Sequence record: DRR723986_4010
Length of the DNA: 62,135 nt
Direction: 5' to 3' (one strand)
Shown here: piece after piece, positions 31,419-40,489 of the stretch
Layout of the letters: each line of letters opens with the position of its first letter
How positions within the stretch are numbered: position 1 is the first letter of the stretch
The notes under the pieces: model-generated
Seen by the model: the letters and a program-made list of their open reading frames with translations, nothing else
Databases searched by the model: none
What the model was told of the DNA's origin: nothing
Position numbers and translations under genes: made by a program

Positions 31419-31841
31419 ATGTCATTCCGTGAGAAAACGGCCTGGGCCATGGGCGCTGTCCTGATTGCCGCCGGGATATGGTATTTCCAGCGGGTCATCG
31501 GCCTGTCGGAAGCGCTGGGCGAGACGGCGGCGCCAAACATGCGGTTCGTGATCGGCTACATCATTCTGGTCATACTGGCCTCCATCCTCGTCAACGTGAT
31601 CATCGCCAGCGCCGCAGGAAAGGAAGCCGAAGCGCCAGCCGATGAGCGCGAACGGGCGATCCTCGACAAGGCAGGGCATTGGTCGGGCTATGTCCTGGCC
31701 GTGGGCGCCGTCGCAGGCCTCTGGCATTTCAGCTGGCTGCATGACGGCAACCTCCTGTTCCACATCATCTTCGGCGCACTGATGGCCAGCCAGATCGCGG
31801 AGTACGCCTTCCAGATCTTCCTGTTCCGCCGGGGCGTTTAA
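31419..31841 (+). CDS. 4-TM membrane protein (DUF2178-like)
   Basis: MSFREK N-terminus, DERERAI loop, four hydrophobic segments. Confidence 0.75.
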   Translation: MSFREKTAWAMGAVLIAAGIWYFQRVIGLSEALGETAAPNMRFVIGYIILVILASILVNVIIASAAGKEAEAPADERERAILDKAGHWSGYVLAVGAVAGLWHFSWLHDGNLLFHIIFGALMASQIAEYAFQIFLFRRGV

Positions 31842-31843
31842 CC

Positions 31844-32071
31844 ATGGCCAAGCGCCCTCCCATTGGGAATCGTATCCGTGAGCTGCGAGAGCAGCATGAC
31901 AATATGAGCCAGGCGGCCCTCGCCGAAGCGATCGGCGTGACCCGCCAGACCGTGATCGCCATCGAACAGGGCCGCTACTCCCCTTCCCTCGAAAGCGCCT
32001 TCCGGATTTCCCGCGTGTTCGGCACCGGCGTGGAAGACGTGTTCAGCTGGCTGGAACCCCAAGATAGCTGA
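31844..32071 (+). CDS. XRE/Cro-like HTH transcriptional regulator
   Basis: NRIRELR..SQAALAEAIGVTRQTVIAIEQGRYSPSL. Confidence 0.92.
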   Translation: MAKRPPIGNRIRELREQHDNMSQAALAEAIGVTRQTVIAIEQGRYSPSLESAFRISRVFGTGVEDVFSWLEPQDS

Positions 32072-32660
32072 GCACGGCGTGGCGGATACGGGCCTTCAAC
32101 TGGTCCGGATCGGTTTCGCCATAATCCCCGGCAAAGTCGCACATGCCGTGCACCATGCCGAACAGGTCCTTCGCGACCACATCGAGGTCGAACGGCCGGC
32201 CGACCCGGTTGGCGACGAGAAGTTCCCGGATCAGCGCCAGCACGGAGTCGTGCTTGGCCTCCAGCGCCGGATCGGTTGCCAGCCGATGTTCTTCCACATC
32301 GATCAGCCGGGCCAGCGCCGGCCTGTCGAGCTGGTGGGCCACGACGACATCGATCAGTGCATTCAGCTGCATCCGGAAATCCTGCCCGGCGGTCGCCTCG
32401 GCCGCAGCATAGACATTGTCATGCAGCTGCATCGCATCCGCCATGACGAGGGCCGCCGTGACCGCGTCCTTGTTGGGGAAGTACTGGTAGAGCGATCCGA
32501 TCGACACGCCCGCCCGCTTTGCGATGGCATTGGTGGTGTAGCCCTCGAATCCCTCGCTTTCGAGAATGCGAGCCGCCGCCTCAAGGATCGCGTCCACCGT
32601 CGCGGCAGAGCGGGCCTGTACTGGTGATTTCCGGGGCCTGGGGATGGTGGTCTGGGTCAT
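32043..32660 (-). CDS. TetR/AcrR family regulator
   Basis: RKSPVQARS..TTNAIAKRAGVSIGSLYQYFPNK. Confidence 0.93.
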   Translation of the reverse strand: MTQTTIPRPRKSPVQARSAATVDAILEAAARILESEGFEGYTTNAIAKRAGVSIGSLYQYFPNKDAVTAALVMADAMQLHDNVYAAAEATAGQDFRMQLNALIDVVVAHQLDRPALARLIDVEEHRLATDPALEAKHDSVLALIRELLVANRVGRPFDLDVVAKDLFGMVHGMCDFAGDYGETDPDQLKARIRHAVLSYLGVPAS

Positions 32661-32677
32661 GGGCAAATGCGAGTTTC

Positions 32678-32699
32678 AATATGAGCTATTACTCATATT
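32678..32699. promoter_or_regulatory. TetR operator palindrome
   Basis: AATATGAG-N6-CTCATATT between the divergent tetR and methyltransferase genes. Confidence 0.75.
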
Positions 32700-32738
32700 T
32701 TTAAACGGTAGGTGCTTTGGACAGGAAAGGAAAGCCCC

Positions 32739-33446
32739 ATGCCTTTCGATTGCAGGAATACCGACCATACGCTTAGCGGCCTGAACGATGCCGATGTGTC
32801 CCATACGCTGAAACAGCTGCACCATCAGGCATCCAGCCGGGACGCGATGGTCTTTGCCCGCGCCCTGCCCGCGATCATCTCCGGCAAGTTCACCGGCCGC
32901 TCAACCTTCGAGGCGGCAGAGCCTTATCTCTCCACGGCCTTCATCCCGGTGTCAGAAGAGTTCGGCCGCTTGATGTACCTGACGGCCCTGTCGCGCGGCG
33001 CCCGGAACATTGTCGAGTTCGGCTCGTCCTACGGCATTTCCTCCATCTACCTGGCCGCCGCGGCACGGGAGACCGGCGGTTTCTTCACCGGGACCGAGAA
33101 GGACAGCGCCAAGGCGCAGGTCGCGCTGGAAAACCTGAACGCAGCCGGCCTGTCACGCTGGTCGGACATTCGCGAAGGCGATGCGCTGGAAAGCCTCGCC
33201 CCGCTGGAAGGGCCGGTCGACTTCCTCTTCCTCGATGGCTGGAAGGATCTCTATATTCCCGTGCTGAAGCTGATGGAGCCGAAACTCGCACCGGGCGCCA
33301 TCATCTTTGCGGACAATATCAAATCCTTCCGCAAGACGCTGAAGCCCTTTGTGGACTACATATCGGACATATCGAACGGCTATGAGACGACGATCCTTGA
33401 CGTCGGCAGCGGCGTGTCGCTGTCAGTCTGGCGGAAGGCGCACTGA
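32739..33446 (+). CDS. Class I SAM-dependent O-methyltransferase
   Basis: VEFGSSYGIS, GDALESL, FLDGWK and ADN motifs. Confidence 0.88.
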   Translation: MPFDCRNTDHTLSGLNDADVSHTLKQLHHQASSRDAMVFARALPAIISGKFTGRSTFEAAEPYLSTAFIPVSEEFGRLMYLTALSRGARNIVEFGSSYGISSIYLAAAARETGGFFTGTEKDSAKAQVALENLNAAGLSRWSDIREGDALESLAPLEGPVDFLFLDGWKDLYIPVLKLMEPKLAPGAIIFADNIKSFRKTLKPFVDYISDISNGYETTILDVGSGVSLSVWRKAH

Positions 33447-33464
33447 GCTACGCAAAAATCCGTA

Positions 33465-33500
33465 TTGACAATCATTCGCAGTGCTTGCAAATGGTTCTCA
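33465..33500 (+). promoter_or_regulatory. bfd promoter with tandem Fur-alpha/iron-box-like sites
   Basis: TGACAATCATTCGCA (33466-33480) and TGCAAATGGTTCTCA (33486-33500) overlap TTGACA and the start codon. Confidence 0.65.
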
Positions 33501-33700
33501 TGATCATTTGCGTCTGCAATGCCCTGAACTGCAAGAGCGTGCGCGCGGCCGTCGAGGCCGGTGCGGACAGCCCGAAGGCTGTGCAGGCGCATCATGGCTG
33601 CCGGTTCCAGTGCGGCAAATGCCGGTCCTCGATCGGCGAAATGATCGCGGACACTGACATTGATCGCGGGCCCGCCCCGTCCCTGATGGCCGCAGAATAG
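33500..33700 (+). CDS. bfd: Bacterioferritin-associated ferredoxin
   Basis: MIICVCN...CGKC [2Fe-2S] motif, directly upstream of bfr. Confidence 0.92.
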   Translation: MIICVCNALNCKSVRAAVEAGADSPKAVQAHHGCRFQCGKCRSSIGEMIADTDIDRGPAPSLMAAE

Positions 33701-33738
33701 GGCAACCTTCTGGTATTGCTGGATTTTCCGGGACAGTC

Positions 33739-33753
33739 TGAGACTGTTTCGCA
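33739..33753. promoter_or_regulatory. Fur-like box upstream of bfr
   Basis: TGAGACTGTTTCGCA. Confidence 0.5.
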
Positions 33754-33853
33754 CTCTCATATGCAATTGATTTAATTGGATTTTTCTTGCGGCGCAGGCC
33801 CAATCGGCCTATCTGCTACGTATATTCACGTAACCGATTGAAGGAGCTCTCCC

Positions 33854-34342
33854 ATGAAAGGCGACAAGAAGGTCATCGAATACCTGAACAAGGCGCTGAA
33901 GAACGAGCTCACCGCCATCAACCAGTATTTCCTGCACTCCCGGATGCTGCACGACTGGGGCGTCTCAAAGCTCGGCGACAAGGAATACAAGGAATCGATC
34001 GAGGAGATGGAGCATGCCGACTGGCTGATCCAGCGCGTCCTGTTCCTTGGCGGCCTGCCGAACCTGCAGGATCTCGGCAAGCTGCACATCGGCGAAAACG
34101 TCCAGGAAATCCTGGAATGCGACCTGAAACTCGAGAACGCGGCCATCCCGCTGCTGCGCGAGGCCATGGCCTATAGCGAGTCGGTTCAGGACTATGTGAG
34201 CCGCGACCTGTTCGGGAAAATCCTCCACAATGAGGAAGAACATGTCGACTATATCGAGACCCAGTTCGAGCTGATCGAGCGCATCGGGATCGAACGCTAC
34301 ACCATGCTCCAGTCCGAGGCGAATGCGTCCCCGGAAGGCTGA
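33854..34342 (+). CDS. bfr: Bacterioferritin
   Basis: ELTAINQYFLH, EEMEHAD (heme Met) and EEEHVD motifs. Confidence 0.97.
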   Translation: MKGDKKVIEYLNKALKNELTAINQYFLHSRMLHDWGVSKLGDKEYKESIEEMEHADWLIQRVLFLGGLPNLQDLGKLHIGENVQEILECDLKLENAAIPLLREAMAYSESVQDYVSRDLFGKILHNEEEHVDYIETQFELIERIGIERYTMLQSEANASPEG

Positions 34343-34368
34343 TCGGCCCGGCTCGAATCTCGGCCCGA

Positions 34369-34426
34369 AACACGATCGGGAACACGATAAAGAATACAAT
34401 ATACGGACAATATATACACGATATAG
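34369..34426. repeat. Degenerate ~11-12 nt tandem repeats
   Basis: AACACGATCGGG AACACGATAAAG AATACAATATACG GACAATATAT ACACGATATAG. Confidence 0.55.
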
Positions 34427-34451
34427 AGGCGCCTCCCGGGGCGCCTCTTTT
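34425..34451 (+). terminator. Intrinsic terminator after bfr
   Basis: AGAGGCGCC-N6-GGCGCCTCT-TTT. Confidence 0.75.
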
Positions 34452-35266
34452 CATTCAGCGCAGGCAACCAGTGCGGCATTGAACGCCGCCTGAGGCAGGG
34501 ACGCGTTCTCCCGCACGCAGGCATCGACCCGCGCCTTTGCGTGCACTTCCTCGAAACGGCCCTCCCCTGAGATACGCTTCCGCAGGTACAGCGCCCGGTC
34601 GGCGTCGCCTGTCAGGATGAAAGCCGGGTGCCAGGGAATGTCCGCCGCCTTGGCGAGTTCGTTCGTGCAGTTGGAGGTCAGCGTGTTGTAGAAACGCGGG
34701 CGTTCTTCGATGGAGACCGTCTTTTCCAGCAGCGAAGTGAGATAGGCTTCCGCCTCCGCCTGGCTGAGCGCCAGCGGATACATGTAAAGCTCGCGGTCCA
34801 TCATCACCGCACGGCGGGTCATCAGGTCCCGCGGGCTGGCCCAGTAATACATGAGTTCGAACTTGTTGAAGGTGCCGCGAAACGCCGAATAGGTTTCGCG
34901 CGTTTCCTTGCGCGCCTCGATGGTGAGACCGACAAGATCCCCTTCCCCGAATTCGAACAGCACGAAAGTATGCGCCATGACGGTGAGGCCCGGATGCGGC
35001 TCCATCACGAACCACACACGGCGCACATCCGAAATGCGATGCGGCGGCACAACGCTCCACACCATCTCGTCCGGATCATTTTCTGTATACGTCCAGTCAC
35101 CATAGGGTGCGATGGAGAAGGCGCCGTCTTGCAACGTCACATACGGCAGGCGCGAAAGATGCGGATACCAGTCCCGGTCATGCCGCGGCTGCTTGGTGAT
35201 AACGGCCAGCAGGAAGACGCCGAACGCCGCAAGCGCCGCCACTAGGATCGGAGAGATCCAGCGCAC
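34451..35266 (-). CDS. DUF4105/Lnb-like periplasmic domain protein
   Basis: AHTFVLF, TIEARKE and FYNTLTSNCT motifs; N-terminal TM; GTG start estimated. Confidence 0.8.
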   Translation of the reverse strand: MRWISPILVAALAAFGVFLLAVITKQPRHDRDWYPHLSRLPYVTLQDGAFSIAPYGDWTYTENDPDEMVWSVVPPHRISDVRRVWFVMEPHPGLTVMAHTFVLFEFGEGDLVGLTIEARKETRETYSAFRGTFNKFELMYYWASPRDLMTRRAVMMDRELYMYPLALSQAEAEAYLTSLLEKTVSIEERPRFYNTLTSNCTNELAKAADIPWHPAFILTGDADRALYLRKRISGEGRFEEVHAKARVDACVRENASLPQAAFNAALVACAE

Positions 35267-35271
35267 CGGCG

Positions 35272-36864
35272 CTAATAGCCTGCCGGCTTGAAACTGTCTG
35301 CCTGCGCCATCGCCCATTCGCTGGCAAGATGCGTCCCGGCCGCGTCCGCCAGCAACTGGCCGCGATGCAGCAGGTCATAAGCCTCATCCGCCGGGCGGAC
35401 GATGTCTTCCGTCACCCGGTGCATGATGTGGCGCGGCGTCAGTTCACCGGGATGCTTGCAGCCCGCCGCGCCGACGACTTCCATCAGCGCCTTCACCGTG
35501 TTGCGGTGGAAGTTCGTGACGCGTACCGCCTTGTCTCTCACATCCAGCCCGTGCTGGCGCGTTGGGTCCTGCGTCGCAATGCCGGTCGGACAATGATTGT
35601 TGTGGCAGTTCAGCGACTGGATACAACCAAGCGCGAACATGAAGCCGCGCGCCGTGTTCACCCAGTCCGCACCGAGCGCCATGGAGGACGCAATCGCGAA
35701 GGCGCTGATCTGCTTTCCGGAACAGGCAAGGCGCACTTCATCCTTCAGGCCCGTGCCGACCAGTGCGTTCCGTGTCAGCACGAGGCCCTGACGCAGCGGC
35801 GCGCCGACATGGTCCAGGAATTCCGCCGGCGCGGCGCCCGTGCCGCCTTCCCCGCCATCGACGACCATGAAGTCCAGGAGGACGCCGGTCTTCAGCATCG
35901 CCTTGCAGAGCGCGAGCACTTCCCAGCGATTACCAACCGCGAACTTCGCGCCGACCGGCTTGCCGCCGGACAGCTCGCGCAGCTTGGCCACGAACTCCAT
36001 CATTTCGATCGGTGTCGAGAAGGCCGAATGCGCAGGTGGCGACACACAGGTCTCGCCCACCTTGATGCCACGCGCCTCTGCAATGGCTTCGGTCACTTTC
36101 GCACCGGGCAGCACGCCGCCATGGCCAGGCTTTGCGCCCTGGCTGAGCTTGATCTCGATCATCTTGATCTGCGGGTCGGCAGCAACGTCCTTGAACCGCT
36201 CCGGATCGAAACTGCCGTCAGACGCGCGGCAACCGAAATAGCCGGAGCCAAGTTCCCAGACGAGATCCGCCCCGCCCTTGCGGTGATAACGCGAGACGGA
36301 GCCTTCGCCCGTATCGTGATAGAAACCGCCTGCCTTTGCCCCTGTCGACAAGGCTTCGATGGCGTGGGCGCCAAGAGATCCGAAACTCATTGCGGAGATG
36401 TTGAAGATGCTTGCCGAATATGGCTTTGACGTGCCCGGCGCGCCGACCATCACACGCGGATCTGTTTCATCGCAATGCACCGCGGCCATTGAGTGGGCAA
36501 GCCATTCATAAGGCGGACGATCGATTTCCAGATGACTGCCGAACGGTTCGACAGACGTGACGTCTTTCGCGCGCCTGTAGATCATCGAGCGTTCTTCGTG
36601 ATTGAAGGGTTTGCCTTCCGTTTCGCTCTCCACAATGTAGGAGCGCAGGAAGGGCCGCATCTCTTCTGCCAGCCAGCGGACACGCGACAGGAGCGGATAG
36701 TTGCGCCACAGCGTGTGCCGCCTCTGGATCAGATCAGAAATGCCAAGCAGTGTAATGAGACCGGCAATGATGGCGGTGCTTTGTGCAACCGCGCCTGTCG
36801 GCCAGAAATAGATCCCTGCCGCAAAAACCAGCGCGACAATGATCAGGACTGAATAACGTGACAT
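35272..36864 (-). CDS. FMN-binding glutamate synthase family protein (membrane-anchored)
   Basis: SAMSFGSL, EIKLSQGAKPGHGG, DGGEGGTGAAP and CIQSLNCHNNHCPTG motifs. Confidence 0.93.
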   Translation of the reverse strand: MSRYSVLIIVALVFAAGIYFWPTGAVAQSTAIIAGLITLLGISDLIQRRHTLWRNYPLLSRVRWLAEEMRPFLRSYIVESETEGKPFNHEERSMIYRRAKDVTSVEPFGSHLEIDRPPYEWLAHSMAAVHCDETDPRVMVGAPGTSKPYSASIFNISAMSFGSLGAHAIEALSTGAKAGGFYHDTGEGSVSRYHRKGGADLVWELGSGYFGCRASDGSFDPERFKDVAADPQIKMIEIKLSQGAKPGHGGVLPGAKVTEAIAEARGIKVGETCVSPPAHSAFSTPIEMMEFVAKLRELSGGKPVGAKFAVGNRWEVLALCKAMLKTGVLLDFMVVDGGEGGTGAAPAEFLDHVGAPLRQGLVLTRNALVGTGLKDEVRLACSGKQISAFAIASSMALGADWVNTARGFMFALGCIQSLNCHNNHCPTGIATQDPTRQHGLDVRDKAVRVTNFHRNTVKALMEVVGAAGCKHPGELTPRHIMHRVTEDIVRPADEAYDLLHRGQLLADAAGTHLASEWAMAQADSFKPAGY

Positions 36865-37013
36865 GGATGTTCGGCGCCTCCCGACCGCGTCCCTATTCCG
36901 CAAGCCTAGCTGCGTCGGCCCGCAGGGGGAAGACTCCTGTGCAGGCTTATCTTTTTCTTTATGTGCCGAAACAGACCGCACAGCCGTATTTTACAGCTCA
37001 GATCTTTCGCAAG

Positions 37014-37042
37014 TTGACATAAAATCCGAATACGGATTAAAT
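37014..37042 (+). promoter_or_regulatory. Sigma70 promoter with a palindrome in the spacer
   Basis: TTGACA-N17-TTAAAT, with AATCCG-N4-CGGATT at 37023-37038. Confidence 0.6.
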
Positions 37043-37196
37043 AAAAATGGTCACCCTTGTTCGATTCCTGATCGCCAAGGGTTGTTTCCTTGTGGAAATC
37101 GTGGCTTGGGTGTTTTGCGTTTCGTTTTGATTCGTGAACAGTGCTGCGTAATCTGAAAACACGCCCGTCCGTCGGGCCCATAGAGGAGACACTCCC

Positions 37197-37619
37197 ATGG
37201 CAAAAGCTACCAAGAAAAAAGCAGCGGCGCCGAAAAAGGCCGCTGCTCCGGCAGTGACCAAGCCGGTAAAAGAGCCGTCGAAAAAAGAAGTCCTGATGGA
37301 GAAGTATGTCGCCGACCTCAAAGAGAAGGTTGGTGAAGCTCGTCCGGACATGGCGCTTCTCGAAGGCGCCGTGAAGGCTTGCGGCCCGGCCATCTACAAA
37401 TCCGACTCCGCAACGGTTGCCGCTTCGTCGAAAGACGAAATGGCCCGCATCAAGAAAACCTTCATCGCGAAGAAGCTTGGCGTCACTGACGAAGCCAAGG
37501 CGGATGCGGCGCTTGCCGAAGCGATCGAGAAGTATGGCCGTTCGGTTCGCGCCAAGCACCGTCCGGTTGTCTACTACCTCGTCGCAAAGGCTCTGCGTAA
37601 AGGTGCTGCTCTGAAATAG
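37197..37619 (+). CDS. DUF2853 family protein with Lys/Ala-rich N-terminus
   Basis: CGPAIYKSDSATVA..E.ARIKKTFIAKKLG..KHRPVVYYL; strong GAGGAG RBS. Confidence 0.8.
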   Translation: MAKATKKKAAAPKKAAAPAVTKPVKEPSKKEVLMEKYVADLKEKVGEARPDMALLEGAVKACGPAIYKSDSATVAASSKDEMARIKKTFIAKKLGVTDEAKADAALAEAIEKYGRSVRAKHRPVVYYLVAKALRKGAALK

Positions 37620-37637
37620 GCAGTCTTCCGGAAACGG

Positions 37638-37677
37638 AAAAAGCCGGGCCAGCTTTCGCTGCGCCCGGCTTTCTTTT
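37638..37677. terminator. Bidirectional intrinsic terminator
   Basis: AAAAAGCCGGGC...GCCCGGCTTTCTTTT. Confidence 0.8.
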
Positions 37678-37698
37678 GTCTCGCGTTTGCCGCCTGGC

Positions 37699-38835
37699 TT
37701 AGTAGCCGTTCAGCTTCGCATAGCGGTCGCGGTGCCAGCTGGCAGAACCATACATGGCTTCCTGCGCGCGGGCGCGCTTCATGTAGAGACCGGGATCTGC
37801 CACATCGGTCATACCGATGCCGCCATGCATCTGGACACATTCGTTCGAGACAAGATGCACCAGCTCGCTGGCTTTCGCTTTTGCGAGGCTGGCGAGTTCG
37901 GCAACATTGGTCTTGCCTTCATCGACCGCCGACAGGGCCGCCGCGACGCAGGACCGCGTCATCTCTAGCTCGGTGAACATCTTCGCGGCGCGGTGCTGCA
38001 GCGACTGGAACGAGCCAATCAGCTGGCCGAACTGTTTGCGGCTCTGCAGGTATTCCAGCGTCATGTCGAACGCGGCCTGCGCCGAGCCCAGCATTTCGGC
38101 TGCCTGTCCGATCGCGGCCCGGTCCAGCACCGGCTCCAGAACGTCTGCGCCTTCATCGGCGGCGCCGATCAGTGCGCCTTCGCCCACCATCACATCGGTG
38201 AAGGTGATGTGCGCGGCGCCGTGACTGTCTGCCGTCTTCAGTTCCTGGATGGAGACGCCCTTGGCTTCTGCCGGTACGAGGAACAGCGACAGGCCGTGAC
38301 GGTCACCCGCCTCGCCGAAGGTCCGCGCGACGACAATCAGCATGTCGGCATGATGGCCGTCCGGCACATAACGCTTCTCGCCATTGATCGTGTAGCCCTG
38401 CCCGTTGCGCTCGGCTTCGGTGGCGACGTTCAGCGGAGTGAAGTGTGCGCTCTCGTCGAGAGCGAGCGCGAAAGTGACCTCGCCGCCGGCGATCTTCGGC
38501 AGCCATTCGGCCTGTTGTGCCGGCGTGCCACCGAGCTGGATCGCACTGGCGCCGATCAGGGCCGTTTGTAGCAGCGGCGTGGCAGCCAGCGTGCGGCCCT
38601 GCGCCTCCAGGATCTGGCCGAGGCCCACCAGGCCGAAATGTTCGCCGCCCGGCTCTTCCGGCACGATCACGCCAAAGAAGCCGAGCTCTGCCAGTTTCTG
38701 GCGGGTCGCCGGGTCCTTGCCATTGGCACCGCTGTCGCGAAGGGCACGCAGGTGCGTCACCGGCAGTTCATCACGCGCAAACGCCATGGCGGTGTCGCGC
38801 AGCATTTCCTGATCTTCAGTCAGTAGAAAAGTCAT
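37699..38835 (-). CDS. Acyl-CoA dehydrogenase family protein (heteromeric partner subunit)
   Basis: RKQFGQLIGSFQSLQH and QMHGGIGMT motifs. Confidence 0.93.
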   Translation of the reverse strand: MTFLLTEDQEMLRDTAMAFARDELPVTHLRALRDSGANGKDPATRQKLAELGFFGVIVPEEPGGEHFGLVGLGQILEAQGRTLAATPLLQTALIGASAIQLGGTPAQQAEWLPKIAGGEVTFALALDESAHFTPLNVATEAERNGQGYTINGEKRYVPDGHHADMLIVVARTFGEAGDRHGLSLFLVPAEAKGVSIQELKTADSHGAAHITFTDVMVGEGALIGAADEGADVLEPVLDRAAIGQAAEMLGSAQAAFDMTLEYLQSRKQFGQLIGSFQSLQHRAAKMFTELEMTRSCVAAALSAVDEGKTNVAELASLAKAKASELVHLVSNECVQMHGGIGMTDVADPGLYMKRARAQEAMYGSASWHRDRYAKLNGY

Positions 38836-39200
38836 TGTGGATTACCTTTTAAGCATTCGCTGAGCGCGCGGGGCTCTGCGGCCCCAAGCGTTCCCTGCGA
38901 GTCATACATTTCGAGCATACCATCGGCCCGAAGGATCACTCCGTCACCGGACGGACTTCCCACCACGCCGTATTCATTGATGCCAACGGATTTCAGCGGA
39001 TAGACCAGGTCTTCTTCCCCAGCCGTCTTCTGCACCATGGAATACTGGCCAGTGTCGGACCGCAGGATCATGGTTGCCGAGTTGGGAGTGCCTTCGACAT
39101 CCGAAGGCTCCCAGCACCATGTTCCAAGTTCCAGGTCTTCCGCCTGTGCAGCGCCAGCCGGCACCGCGAGGAGAAGTCCGATGGCAAGCAACGCTCGCAT
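38832..39200 (-). CDS. Secreted hypothetical protein
   Basis: Signal peptide (AQA cleavage), two Cys; translationally coupled to both flanking genes. Confidence 0.75.
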   Translation of the reverse strand: MRALLAIGLLLAVPAGAAQAEDLELGTWCWEPSDVEGTPNSATMILRSDTGQYSMVQKTAGEEDLVYPLKSVGINEYGVVGSPSGDGVILRADGMLEMYDSQGTLGAAEPRALSECLKGNPQ

Positions 39201-40415
39201 TTATTTATGGTCCTTCAGACCAAGCACGCGCTTGGAGATGACGTTGAGGTTGATCTCGCTGGTACCGCCCTCGATCGAGTTACCCTTCGAGCGCAGCCAC
39301 TGGCGGGTGACTTTCTTGGCGGTCGGGTCGAAGCCCTCCCCTTCCCAGCCGAGCCCTTCGGTGCCGAGTGCCTCGATCAGAAGCTCGTGACGGTCCTGGT
39401 TCATCTTGGCCGCGCCGTATTTCAGGATGGACGCGGTGTGGCTGACGGCCTGTCCGGCCTTGGCCTGTTCAGCCTGGCGCTGGACGGTCAGGCTGAAGGC
39501 CTTGGCGTACATCTTGTGATCGGTGATGCGGCCGCGCAGATCGCCATCGAGGAGACGGCCATCGCTGTCGGTGCCGATATGCTGCTTGGCATAGTCTTCC
39601 GGTCCCATGATGCCGGAACCGCCCGTGCCGCCAAAACCGCCGGCGGAAATCGAGGAGCGTTCGAACTGCAGCAGGCGCTTGGCGATCTGCCAGCCGCCAT
39701 TCACTTCGCCGACCAGCTGGTCCTTCGGCACTTTCACATCGGTGAAGAAGGTTTCGCAGAACGGGCTTTCGCCCGAGATCAGCAGGATCGGGCGCGCTTC
39801 GACGCCGGGGCTTTCCATGTCGAACAGGATGAAGCTGATGCCTTCATGCTTCACGCTGGTGTCGGTCCGCACGAGGCAGAAGATCCAGTCGGCCTTGTCG
39901 GCATAGGAGGTCCATACCTTCTGGCCGTTGATCAGATAGTGATCGCCCTTGTCTTCGCACCGGGTCTGCAGGTCAGCCAGGTCAGAGCCGGCGCCCGGCT
40001 CGGAATAGCCCTGGCACCAGCGGGTGCGGCCATGAATGATGTCCGGGATAAAGCGCTGCTTCTGCTCTTCATTGCCGAACTCAAGGAGGGCCGGGCCGAA
40101 CATCCAGAGGCCGAACGAGAACAGCGGCTGGCGCGCCTTGATGCGGCTCATCTCCTGCTGCAGCACACGGGCTTCGGCCGGGGAGAGCCCGCCGCCACCA
40201 TACTTCTTCGGCCATTGCGGCGCGGTCCAGCCCTTTTCGGCCATCCGCTCCAGCCAGACTTTCGATTCCGGATTCTTGAATTTCTCCCGCTTGCCGCCCC
40301 AGACGATCTCATCGTCCTTCATTGGCGTGCGCATGGAGGGCGGGCAATTTTCCTCGAGCCAGCTGCGCGTCTCTGCGCGGAAGGTCTCGAGCTCGTCGAC
40401 GGCAGTGTCGGCCAT
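39201..40415 (-). CDS. Acyl-CoA dehydrogenase family protein
   Basis: WCQGYSEPGAGSDLA, NGQKVWTS and SIEGGTSEI motifs. Confidence 0.95.
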   Translation of the reverse strand: MADTAVDELETFRAETRSWLEENCPPSMRTPMKDDEIVWGGKREKFKNPESKVWLERMAEKGWTAPQWPKKYGGGGLSPAEARVLQQEMSRIKARQPLFSFGLWMFGPALLEFGNEEQKQRFIPDIIHGRTRWCQGYSEPGAGSDLADLQTRCEDKGDHYLINGQKVWTSYADKADWIFCLVRTDTSVKHEGISFILFDMESPGVEARPILLISGESPFCETFFTDVKVPKDQLVGEVNGGWQIAKRLLQFERSSISAGGFGGTGGSGIMGPEDYAKQHIGTDSDGRLLDGDLRGRITDHKMYAKAFSLTVQRQAEQAKAGQAVSHTASILKYGAAKMNQDRHELLIEALGTEGLGWEGEGFDPTAKKVTRQWLRSKGNSIEGGTSEINLNVISKRVLGLKDHK

Positions 40416-40489
40416 GGCGGTCTCCCTATCAGATATGACAGGTGAGACCCTATTCCCCCGCAGCGGCGGAGCCAAGCGCTACCGCTAGG

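Noticed and set aside
34369-34426. Possible mini-CRISPR
   Set aside because: Units are 10-13 nt and degenerate, with no spacers and no cas genes.
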